Of a DNA stretch of 64,000 bases, positions 18,611 through 27,204 are shown one piece after another (position 1 is the first letter of the stretch; each line of letters opens with the position of its first letter). The stretch spans positions 2,048,001-2,112,000 of the forward strand of contig OY970208.1 of the NCBI GenBank assembly GCA_963713865.1, given 5' to 3'. The position numbers were made by a program, and so were the translations under genes. The notes under the pieces were generated by a model. That model did no database searches. It was not told the origin of the DNA and worked only from the letters and a program-made list of their open reading frames with translations. Source of the DNA: an uncultured candidate division Zixibacteria bacterium. GTDB taxonomy: Bacteria > Zixibacteria > MSB-5A5 > RBG-16-43-9.

Positions 18611-21134
18611 CTTTTTCCCTTATTCTTACTGGATGGGGGTTAGGTCCAACCGCTTCACCTTGACTTAAGGTAACGTGAAGTGTTCCCTGAGATTGATCAT
18701 CTGAAATTTTAGCAATCCAGACCTTCTCAAACTGAGCTGAGGAAACGACAACTTCATCCCCCTGGAATATCCCGGCTTTCTTAGCATCCTCCGGATTTAA
18801 CACTATTATCCCATCATCGAATAACTTCCTTGTGCCTTTAACCCAGGTGGTAAGAGAAAAACCACGATAAGAATGTTCAGAAAGAGAAGTGTTAAGGATA
18901 AAGGGGAATCCTTTATTTGCTCTTTTAGTCTCTTTTGGCTTCGTTTGCGGAATGGTCAACTCCCCTTCGCATATCAGAGAACCAGCTTGGCGTTCGACAT
19001 TATCAAAATCTCCAAATCCCTTTACGATGGAGGAGATCTCTTTATGAATCTCTCGAGGATTGGAGAAATCAAACCCTTCTTTCCCCATTTTTTTAGCGAT
19101 AAGGCAGAGTATCTTCCAGTCAGGTAAAGCTTGACCGGGAGGGTTAACCCCTTTTCTTACCCTTTGAATTCGTCCCTCACCATTGACGAATGTTCCGTCT
19201 ATTTCTGTAAAAGCGGCTGAAGGAAGGACAAGATCAGCTTTGTATAAGGGATCCGGTGGATAAATGTTTTGAAAAATCACGAAATCGGATGGGAGTAGGA
19301 AGTTTGAGGGAGCCTCTCCTATGAGGTAAAGCACCTTCATTTTAGTTTTAGATGAAAGTGCTGCTGCATTCCACGAAGGAGAGAAATCGGGAAGGTTTGC
19401 ATTCCACACTTTTCTAAGACTGTCTAACCTCTTTTTATCAGTGGAAGAAAACCCGCCGGGAAGAATTTCAGGATAAGCACCCATGAGAATGGAACCGACC
19501 AGATTGTTCTGGGCTGGCAAGGGGAGAATCCCGGCGCCAACATTTCGTGCTAACTTCTCTATATTCTCAAAAATCTGATGACTTTTGTCGTATTGCAGAA
19601 AATCTGAACCTACAAGGATTACAGGAGCAGAGGCTTCCATAAGCATTTTCGCTGCTCTAACAAGTTCATCCTTGAGATTTCCGCTCTTCCCTTTTGAGCC
19701 TTGCGGTGATGTCCGGGTTCCTTTTTCCTCAGTCAAACTTACTAATGAACCAAGAAGATCAGCTTCCATCCCGGGAACTGGTCTAAGCCACTTCTCAGCG
19801 ATCAGGGCGAGATTATGTTCTCCGGGATTGATAGAAATTATTTTTGCACCCCTTTTTATCGCCTTTCTAAGCTCAACTCCGACAACTGATCTTCCGAACC
19901 TGGTATCCAGCCCCACACAAAGGATGACTGAGGCATTTTTTAATTTCGAAAGTGGAACACTCATTTTCAAAAGGTTCAGGTAAGCATTGAAACCAGTTCC
20001 ATAGAACACTCTTGCAGAAGTATCGATATTGGACGAGCCCATAACAACTCTGGTAAATTTCTGGGCAATGTATAGATCTTCATTAGAGCAATTGGGTGAA
20101 ACCAGCATAGCATACTGTTCTGGTGAGCAAGTTGAAAGTTTATCAACCATTAATTCGAGAGCTTCTTCCCAGGATAATTCTACTCTGGTTTTATCCTGAA
20201 TTTTATATGGTTTTTTCAAACGCTGGTGATTATTTACCAGCTCGGTAATACAGAATCTCCCTTTAACGCATGAATGTCCTTTATTCACCAGATTATCTTC
20301 TGCCGGAAGAGTGCCAATGATTTCATTTTCTTTTATCAGTAAACGTATCTGACACCCTACTCCACACAAAGGACAGGTTGTGATTTCTTCACGCTCGGCT
20401 TTACCCTCCCATTTACTCACTTTTTCCGAAAGAGCACCAGTCGGGCAAACGGATACGCAAGCTCCGCAGAATTCACAGCCTGCCTCTAAATGAGTGCGGT
20501 CATAAGCCGGTCCAATAACCGTATGCCGTCCCCTCTGTTTAAAAGTTAAAGTGTTAGCGTTACGAATTTCCTGACACATCCGGATACATCTTCCGCATAG
20601 AATGCACAGGTTATAATCCCGGTCGTAGAAAGGGTCATCTTTTTCTACCCTGAGGTTACGATAATAGATAGGATAGTTAATCTCATTCACTCCCAATTTC
20701 TCCACTACCTCCTGCAGTTCACACTGTTTATCATTCGGACAATACCGGCACCCCGTGGTTACTCCCGCTTTGCGGATCGTTCCCATAAAGTTTTTGCATT
20801 CCTCTTTTTCTTCGCAGATCAAACAGCTCGAAGTATGCTCGCTTAAAATCAACTGTAAAATCTCCATTCTCACTGACTGGACTTGAGCAGTATGAGTTCT
20901 TATTACCATCTCCTGTTCAACTGGAGTTGTGCAGGCTGTGGGGAAGCCACGCATCCCCTCAACTTCCACTATGCACATACGACAGCCCCCGAAGGGAGTC
21001 AAGTCCCTGTGAGCGCAGAGGGTAGGAATGTAGATATTATTCTGCTCAGCCGCTTGAAGGATGGTCAACCCTCTGTCTACCTCAAACATTTGGTTATCTA
21101 TATTAATGGTAACTTTCTCGTTTCGTTTACTCAT
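18603..21134 (-). CDS. FdhA/NuoG/HydA-like FeS-rich molybdopterin-oxidoreductase-fold subunit (BfuA-like), lacking catalytic Cys/Sec
   Basis: IPTLC..GGCRMC..AC (2Fe-2S), HxxxCxxC, CILCGRC, CEFCGACVSVCP, CPLCGVGC..CVKG; active-site loop IDTSARVFYG. Likely start is ATG 21134. Confidence 0.8.
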   Translation of the reverse strand: MSKRNEKVTINIDNQMFEVDRGLTILQAAEQNNIYIPTLCAHRDLTPFGGCRMCIVEVEGMRGFPTACTTPVEQEMVIRTHTAQVQSVRMEILQLILSEHTSSCLICEEKEECKNFMGTIRKAGVTTGCRYCPNDKQCELQEVVEKLGVNEINYPIYYRNLRVEKDDPFYDRDYNLCILCGRCIRMCQEIRNANTLTFKQRGRHTVIGPAYDRTHLEAGCEFCGACVSVCPTGALSEKVSKWEGKAEREEITTCPLCGVGCQIRLLIKENEIIGTLPAEDNLVNKGHSCVKGRFCITELVNNHQRLKKPYKIQDKTRVELSWEEALELMVDKLSTCSPEQYAMLVSPNCSNEDLYIAQKFTRVVMGSSNIDTSARVFYGTGFNAYLNLLKMSVPLSKLKNASVILCVGLDTRFGRSVVGVELRKAIKRGAKIISINPGEHNLALIAEKWLRPVPGMEADLLGSLVSLTEEKGTRTSPQGSKGKSGNLKDELVRAAKMLMEASAPVILVGSDFLQYDKSHQIFENIEKLARNVGAGILPLPAQNNLVGSILMGAYPEILPGGFSSTDKKRLDSLRKVWNANLPDFSPSWNAAALSSKTKMKVLYLIGEAPSNFLLPSDFVIFQNIYPPDPLYKADLVLPSAAFTEIDGTFVNGEGRIQRVRKGVNPPGQALPDWKILCLIAKKMGKEGFDFSNPREIHKEISSIVKGFGDFDNVERQAGSLICEGELTIPQTKPKETKRANKGFPFILNTSLSEHSYRGFSLTTWVKGTRKLFDDGIIVLNPEDAKKAGIFQGDEVVVSSAQFEKVWIAKISDDQSQGTLHVTLSQGEAVGPNPHPVRIREKDV

Positions 21135-23025
21135 CCGCACTTCTCCCCTTGGACCTGATGATGATAGCATCGCCGGCTATAGCGTCAAAACGACAGATCT
21201 CATAACATGCTCTGCACTTTATACATTTGGATGGATCAAGGTTATGTGGCTCTGCCCTGGGTCCGGTAATGGCACCCGTGGGACATACGCTGACACAGCG
21301 TTGACATCCAGTACATTTACCCGGGATAACCCGGTATTCGATAAGCTCTCTGCAAACCGTAGCCGGACAGTACTTTTCCTTTATATGCTGGAGATATTCT
21401 GGTCTGAAATAACGGAGCGTAGTCATAACCGGATTCGGGGCAGTCTGTCCCAAGCCGCAGAGCGAGCCTTTTTTAACCGTTTCCCCCAGAGTCTGAAGTT
21501 TTAAAAGGTCATCTGTTTGCCCTTCCCCTTTGGTAATCCTTTCAAGGATTTCCACCATATGCCTGGATCCAACGCGACAGGGAGAACATTTGCCACAGGA
21601 TTCCTTCTGTGTAAAATCCAGAAAATAGCGGGCAATATCCACCACGCAGGTATCTTCATCCATCACGATCAGACCTCCAGAACCCATTATCGAGCCAGCC
21701 TCGGTCAGCGATTCATAATCCACTGTCGTGTCTAAAAATTCCTCTGAGAGACAACCGCCTGAAGGTCCGCCGGTTTGGACTGCTTTGAAAGGCTTCCTTG
21801 AACCGCCCCCTATATCAAAAATTATTTTTCTGAGTGTCATTCCCAATGGAACTTCGATCAAACCTGAGCGGCGGATCTTTCCGACCAGAGAAAATGTTTT
21901 CGTGCCGTAATTCCCCTGGGTGCCGTATTGCCTGTACCAGGAAGCACCGTTTCTCAAAATGTTGGGGAGAGTCCCGAGTGTCTCCACATTATTAATGATG
22001 GTGGGCATGCGAGTGAAGACCCGCGACTGCCGGGAAAGGAGGCCGTGGTCCGTGGCATGCCTCTTTTCCCTTCTATGGAAGCAATCAGAGCAGTCTCCTC
22101 ACCGCAGACAAAAGCCCCGGCCCCTTCTTTAATGGTGATGTCGAAATCAAACCCCGACATTCTGGATGTTCTTTCCCAGAAAGCCATATTCTCTCATCTG
22201 GGTTATGGCTTTCTTCAAGCGGGCAATGGCTAAAGGATATTCTGCCCTTATGTAGATATATCCCCGGGAAGCACCAATGGCATAAGCTGCGATAAGCATC
22301 CCTTCAAGGACTGAATGTGGATCCCCCTCTATCAGGGACCGGTTCATAAACGCTCCCGGATCTCCTTCGTCTGCATTGCAGATCATATACTTTGTTTTAG
22401 CGGAAGATTTTTTACAAATCTCCCATTTCTTATAAGTGGGAAACCCTGCTCCACCCCTCCCCCGCAATCCGGATTCTTTTACCTCTTCGATTACCTTGTC
22501 AGGTCCCTTGGTGAACGCATTCATAATCCCCAGGTATCCCTGGTTAGCTAAGTAATGGTCGATCTCCTCCGGGTCTATGAATCCGCAATTTCTGAGCACG
22601 ACTCTCACTTGAGGCTTAAGCATGGGAAGATCGAAAAAACCTGGAATCCCGTTTGTAAATTTACAGTTTTCATCTCCGAAATGCCCCACTGCCAGCTGTG
22701 CCTGAGGATCACCTTGGATTAAATAGGACCCGATTATCTTTTGAGCTTTTTCCGGATTGACATTAGCGTAACTTATCCGTGGACGATCTGGTAACTTTAT
22801 ATCCATAAGTGGTTCCAGATAACAGGGTCCAATACATCCCACCTGGACAATTTTTGCTTTCAACCGGTTTTCTTTCAGTGTCTTCTGAACCGAGCCCAGC
22901 ACTTCCATAGCCCCTGCCGCCCTGCCGCAGGAGGCGGTACCCAGATAAATAACCGGTATTTTACTGGATTCGAGCAAATTCCATTTCTTCTGGGCTTCTT
23001 TTCTTTTTATGTCGAAGCTATTCAT
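21127..23025 (-). CDS. HydB/NuoF-like FMN/NADH-binding subunit (BfuB); broken by three apparent +1 indels at ~22010-22155
   Basis: [57 protein letters not shown]-terminal 2x[4Fe-4S]; pieces lie in shifted frames. Confidence 0.85.
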
Positions 23026-23470
23026 ATCTATCTAAAATCCCTTTTAAACGAATCACGGTCATCCGGCTGTGGATATCATCGTTAATCTGAACCACCGGTG
23101 CCAGAGCACAGCAACCTAAACAAGCCACTCGTTGAAGATCGAACTTCCTATCTTTAGTTGTTTGTCCGGTAGAAATCTCCAGTTCTCTTTCCAATGCCTC
23201 GCAGAGAACCTGCCCTCCACGCACATGGCAGGCAGTTCCCAGGCAGACTTTGATGGAGTTTCTGCCCGGCGGATTAAACCGAAATTGGGAATAAAAAGAA
23301 GCCACCCCGAAGATCTGGTTTTCGGAGATTTTCAAAAACCGGGAAATGGATTTAACAGCTTCCTTCGAGATGTAACCAAACTTTTCTTGAATCTTCTGGA
23401 GAAGCGGAATCAAATCCCCCTCTTCACCCTGGAACCCTGATAATATTTCGGTATAATCTTTATCTGACAC
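23018..23470 (-). CDS. HydC/NuoE-like 2Fe-2S subunit (BfuC)
   Basis: VASFYSQF, VCLGTACHVRG, VACLGCCALAP. Confidence 0.9.
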   Translation of the reverse strand: MSDKDYTEILSGFQGEEGDLIPLLQKIQEKFGYISKEAVKSISRFLKISENQIFGVASFYSQFRFNPPGRNSIKVCLGTACHVRGGQVLCEALERELEISTGQTTKDRKFDLQRVACLGCCALAPVVQINDDIHSRMTVIRLKGILDRYE

Positions 23471-23500
23471 AGAATGATCTCCAGCTCATATTCGAATTTA

Positions 23501-24787
23501 TTATCCTCCCTTTTCCCCTTTTTGTGCCAGGAAGACGCAATCGGTAAGATTCACCTCTCCTCTTACGTAATCCTCGGCAAAAGCCATACAGGTAGGTGCT
23601 CCGCAGTAGCCGCAGTCTATCTGGCGAAGTTTCTTATATACCCTTTCCTTCTCTTTCATTCTCTTGATGGATGTTTCCAGATCAGTGTCGAAGTATTTAG
23701 TAGGACGGGGTAAAATAGGATTTTCGATGAAATAATATCCCCGCTTCAAATTCTCTTCTATCCTCTCATCCTCTATCTCTATGCGATTTTCATATTTCAC
23801 CCTTTGCTTGATGCTGTTAGTCCGGGCGACATACGGGCTTTCCACGTTAAATTTTCCGCCTATGCACCCTAACATACAGGCAAGAGCTTCTACGAAATCG
23901 ATGTTGCGGAGTTTTGAATTCTCAATATCGTCTAAGATCTTCATCACGTGATCCAGTCCAGAGACAGCCAGCCAGTTCTCCATCTCCACTGTCCGGGTCA
24001 TACCACCAAGTATAGCCCAGCCTGCATTAAAAGAGAAATCTGTTGGCACATCTTTTTCATTAAATTTCTCCTTTATCGCTACAATATGAGGCAGCAATAC
24101 GGAATAGACATCCCGGATCGAAAAAACTCCATCAAACCAGGACTTTGCCTTTTCAGCCGGCTGTTTGATTGAAACGATCTTTGCCGGACAGGGTGATATA
24201 TAGATTATCCCAATCTCTTCCGATTTCAATCCTAACTTATCCGGGAAACTCATCCTGATCTCCTTGGCAGTTACCTCCCTGGGCACATCCAGTGGCACCA
24301 CCAGTTCCACCAGATCAGGATATTTGACCTGGATCAACCTTAGCATAGAAGGACAGTGTGAGGATATTAGAGGGCGCCTCCCCTGATATTTCTTCATATA
24401 TTTAACCAATGCCCTGCCCAGAGCTACCGAAGAGGTCCCGACATCCACAATTTCATCGAAACCGAGTTTTTTAAGTGCCAGATGAACGATATAAGGATGA
24501 ATGTTCGATTCGAATTGGGAATAGAGCACCGGGGAAGGCACTATCACTTTATATTTGAAATAGGATAGCTCAGCCACCAGGTCAGTGATTGGGACGATTG
24601 CTCCGGAGGGGCATACGGATATGCAAGTGCCACAATCGACGCAGAGCTCTTCAGATACGACAGCCTTGCCACCTCTAACCCGAATGGCCTGGGTAGGACA
24701 GTGACGCATACAGGTCATGTGTCCGCGACACTTGTCCATATCTACTTTGTGAGCATGATAATATTGTGCCAACTGATGTTCCCTCAC
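23501..24787 (-). CDS. [FeFe]-hydrogenase-like protein (putative sensory/group C-D type) with 2x[4Fe-4S] and a C-terminal FeS domain
   Basis: Degenerate H-cluster motifs SSHCPS, SPCPAK, EALACMLGCIGG; C-terminal DCGYCGAPTC. Confidence 0.75.
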   Translation of the reverse strand: MREHQLAQYYHAHKVDMDKCRGHMTCMRHCPTQAIRVRGGKAVVSEELCVDCGTCISVCPSGAIVPITDLVAELSYFKYKVIVPSPVLYSQFESNIHPYIVHLALKKLGFDEIVDVGTSSVALGRALVKYMKKYQGRRPLISSHCPSMLRLIQVKYPDLVELVVPLDVPREVTAKEIRMSFPDKLGLKSEEIGIIYISPCPAKIVSIKQPAEKAKSWFDGVFSIRDVYSVLLPHIVAIKEKFNEKDVPTDFSFNAGWAILGGMTRTVEMENWLAVSGLDHVMKILDDIENSKLRNIDFVEALACMLGCIGGKFNVESPYVARTNSIKQRVKYENRIEIEDERIEENLKRGYYFIENPILPRPTKYFDTDLETSIKRMKEKERVYKKLRQIDCGYCGAPTCMAFAEDYVRGEVNLTDCVFLAQKGEKGG

Positions 24788-24803
24788 CGTCTAAAACCAG
24801 CCT

Positions 24804-25601
24804 TCAGATGAAAAACTTTATCTGCAGTATAGTCCCTTTTCCAACCACGCTTTTGATCTGTAGCTCATCCGAGTTTTTCTTTATGTTTGGCAGTCCCATG
24901 CCGGAGCCAAAACCCATAGCTCTCATTTCTTCAGTGGCAGTAGTATACCCTTCCTGCATAGCCAATTCCACGTCCGGGATACCCTTCCCTTCATCTTCAA
25001 TCACCACTTCAATCAGCCGGGGAGTAATTGAGAGATTAACTTTAGCCTTTCTGGCGTGCATAACCACATTCATCTCCCCCTCGTAAGTAGAGATAGCAAC
25101 TCTTCGCACAAGCTTTGGATCCAATCCTATTTTTTTCAGGATAGATTTAACCTCAGTAGAAACCAATCCCGCATTCGCAAAATCGTTTCCCTGAATGATA
25201 AATTCATGGCTCAGCAGCATCTCTTCAGTCTTTTGTCCAGCCGGGATTATTTTAGATCCCTGGCGTTTTCCTTTCTTGATTGCATCTATCCTGACGCAAG
25301 CATCGTACATATCCAGCTCGGTGGAGAGTAAGACCAGAAGGTTATCTCTAGCAAACTTTTCCGCTCCATCCTTAGGTTTTTTACCCCGGATGAATACTAC
25401 CCCCTTAAACTCTGCCATGTGAGCGGATATCACCGCCTGCTGGGTTGCCAGACCGGTAAGCAGGATGGAATTGGGTCTGCCAAATGCTAAAACGTCACTC
25501 ATCAGGTCAGAAGCATATATATGCTCAACTCCGGTATCGAGTTTATCCTCTCCCTCGATTACCGAAGCCTCCAGAACATCTTTTATCATCTTTATCTCCA
25601 C
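24804..25601 (-). CDS. DRTGG domain fused to RsbT-like anti-sigma/serine kinase (HATPase_c)
   Basis: ASDLMSDVLA (DRTGG); YEGEMNVVMHA, DEGKGI, GFGSGMGLPNIK, S..GKGT. Confidence 0.8.
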   Translation of the reverse strand: MEIKMIKDVLEASVIEGEDKLDTGVEHIYASDLMSDVLAFGRPNSILLTGLATQQAVISAHMAEFKGVVFIRGKKPKDGAEKFARDNLLVLLSTELDMYDACVRIDAIKKGKRQGSKIIPAGQKTEEMLLSHEFIIQGNDFANAGLVSTEVKSILKKIGLDPKLVRRVAISTYEGEMNVVMHARKAKVNLSITPRLIEVVIEDEGKGIPDVELAMQEGYTTATEEMRAMGFGSGMGLPNIKKNSDELQIKSVVGKGTILQIKFFI

Positions 25602-25685
25602 AGTGGTTGCCTTATTTCATACCTCTATGCCTGTTAACAAACGGCTTTAAACGCTCTGATCAAGATATGGATTAATCTGAGCTGA

Positions 25686-26021
25686 TTATTTTGTACCCAG
25701 GCCCATACCATAAAGCTTTCCCACCAGTTCGAATGTAGAGAGTTCAGTGGACAGGATGGCGATATTATATCTGCTGGCAAGATCGATCGTCTCCTGCGGA
25801 ACCACCTTTCCGCTGGTGATTATGATTGCGGAAACATCCACCAGATTGGCGGCGGGCACGACACTCTTATGGGTCTGAACTGTCAGCCAGAGGTTCCCGG
25901 ATTTAGCGCTGGCCATAACGTCGCTTAACATGTCTGAAACGAATACCCCCTCCACTTTCCGGTGCTCGAATTTACTTAACGGTTTAAGCCCGATCTTTTC
26001 AATTAAATCTTGAGTGGTCAT
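25686..26021 (-). CDS. DRTGG-domain protein
   Basis: VSDMLSDVMA..LWLTVQTH; likely start MTTQDL at 26021. Confidence 0.75.
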   Translation of the reverse strand: MTTQDLIEKIGLKPLSKFEHRKVEGVFVSDMLSDVMASAKSGNLWLTVQTHKSVVPAANLVDVSAIIITSGKVVPQETIDLASRYNIAILSTELSTFELVGKLYGMGLGTK

Positions 26022-26061
26022 GAAAGCTCTCCTGCTTATTGGGAATGAATTTAAGTTAAAA

Positions 26062-26619
26062 TCAAAATAGAGGTTTCCTCTCCTCTGGTGGTTCCAGCGA
26101 AAGCATACCCACATCGTGAACAAAATCTCCTTTACAGCGAGAAAGATCTTCGATCAGGTTAAATGGAACGATTTTAATTCTCGAGCGGTTTATGTCCCTC
26201 CCCTGGTTAAAATAATCGGTGAGTATATCCAGTTTATATTCGGGTATCGGTTTTTCCTTTGCCTTCGGAAGAAAACCGAATGCTACCATAACCCAGGTTC
26301 TCTCTGCTTCATATTTCTTCCTTAGAATCTCCACCCCGCAATCCGGTAAACAGCCGGTGCAATGCAAAAGCCCCATAAGGTCATTGTATTTTTCTAGGTG
26401 GTTGCACTTGGTACACTGCAGGTCAAATCTGAATGACTGGGCGTTTTCCACCCTGCTCCAGTAACAGTCCCCCTCGCGATATTTGTCACCCAGAATAGGA
26501 ATATCTTCCACGGAAAAATAAGTCCTCAGTCCACTGCAATGAAAACATTTCTCGAAAACTACAAAACCAAACTGGATATTCGTCATTTTCCACTGGTGCT
26601 GGCATTCAGGCATTTTCAT
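26062..26619 (-). CDS. Cys-rich hypothetical protein, first gene of the redox operon
   Basis: CQHQW, CFHC, CTKC, CTGC..DC motifs; RBS upstream. Confidence 0.65.
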   Translation of the reverse strand: MKMPECQHQWKMTNIQFGFVVFEKCFHCSGLRTYFSVEDIPILGDKYREGDCYWSRVENAQSFRFDLQCTKCNHLEKYNDLMGLLHCTGCLPDCGVEILRKKYEAERTWVMVAFGFLPKAKEKPIPEYKLDILTDYFNQGRDINRSRIKIVPFNLIEDLSRCKGDFVHDVGMLSLEPPEERKPLF

Positions 26620-26741
26620 CTGCTCCCTGTTCTAAGGTTTGAGGGGAAAGACACCTTTACTATATAGCAATTTATTTCCTGCCTGCATTTTTTACTATTG
26701 TCTAATTTTTGTTTTCATTGGCATCTACTTTTCGAAGATAA

Positions 26742-26770
26742 ATAATAACGCACCCGCTTAAAAAAGTCAA
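26742..26770 (-). promoter_or_regulatory. Putative sigma70 promoter of the redox operon
   Basis: TTGACT-N17-TATTAT on the minus strand. Confidence 0.5.
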
Positions 26771-26869
26771 GCATAGATGTTTTAAAAAATATTTTTAAAT
26801 CAAATTATTTACTTTTTTGATTAATCCTCGAACCTAAAATTAATCATACACTTTTAAAACTTCAGTTAA

Positions 26870-27001
26870 TACTGACATACGATAAGTTTTTTAATGATAA
26901 GCCCTTAGCCCAGATAGATTTTTTATAGGACTGGTTGATCTTATATGTTAGTGTCCGATAGGATCGTTTGACATTAAGACATACATATACCCGACTTCCA
27001 T
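26870..27001 (-). pseudogene. Possible degenerate GIY-YIG nuclease remnant
   Basis: Reads MEVGYMYVLMSNDPIGH*HIRSTS, resembling the YxYxL...Y(I)GST pattern; in-frame stops. Confidence 0.25.
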
Positions 27002-27060
27002 AACGCTCACCATCGTGTCGGGCGAGTATCTTGTTATTGCTAAGAATCCACAATAGGGGG

Positions 27061-27166
27061 ACGACGAAACAATCTGTATCTATTGAGTATACGGATTACT
27101 TCACTCCCTCCAGTCGCTCGCAATGTCTCCTAATAAGAGAACGTCAGGGATAAACCCGGACGCTAT
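27061..27166. repeat. Degenerate palindromic repeat elements
   Basis: gacgaaacaatct...ggattacttcactccctccagtcgctcgcaatg and cgtcagggataaacccggacgctat; related to the element at 40792-40916. Confidence 0.5.
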
Positions 27167-27204
27167 ATTTTCCCCTTTGAACTTTTGAGCTTTTGAACCC
27201 TTTT

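Noticed and set aside
22147..22149. In-frame TGA in the nuoF/hydB-like gene as selenocysteine or readthrough
   Set aside because: A TAA follows six codons later in the same frame, and the conserved [10 protein letters not shown] segment is in another frame, so indels explain it
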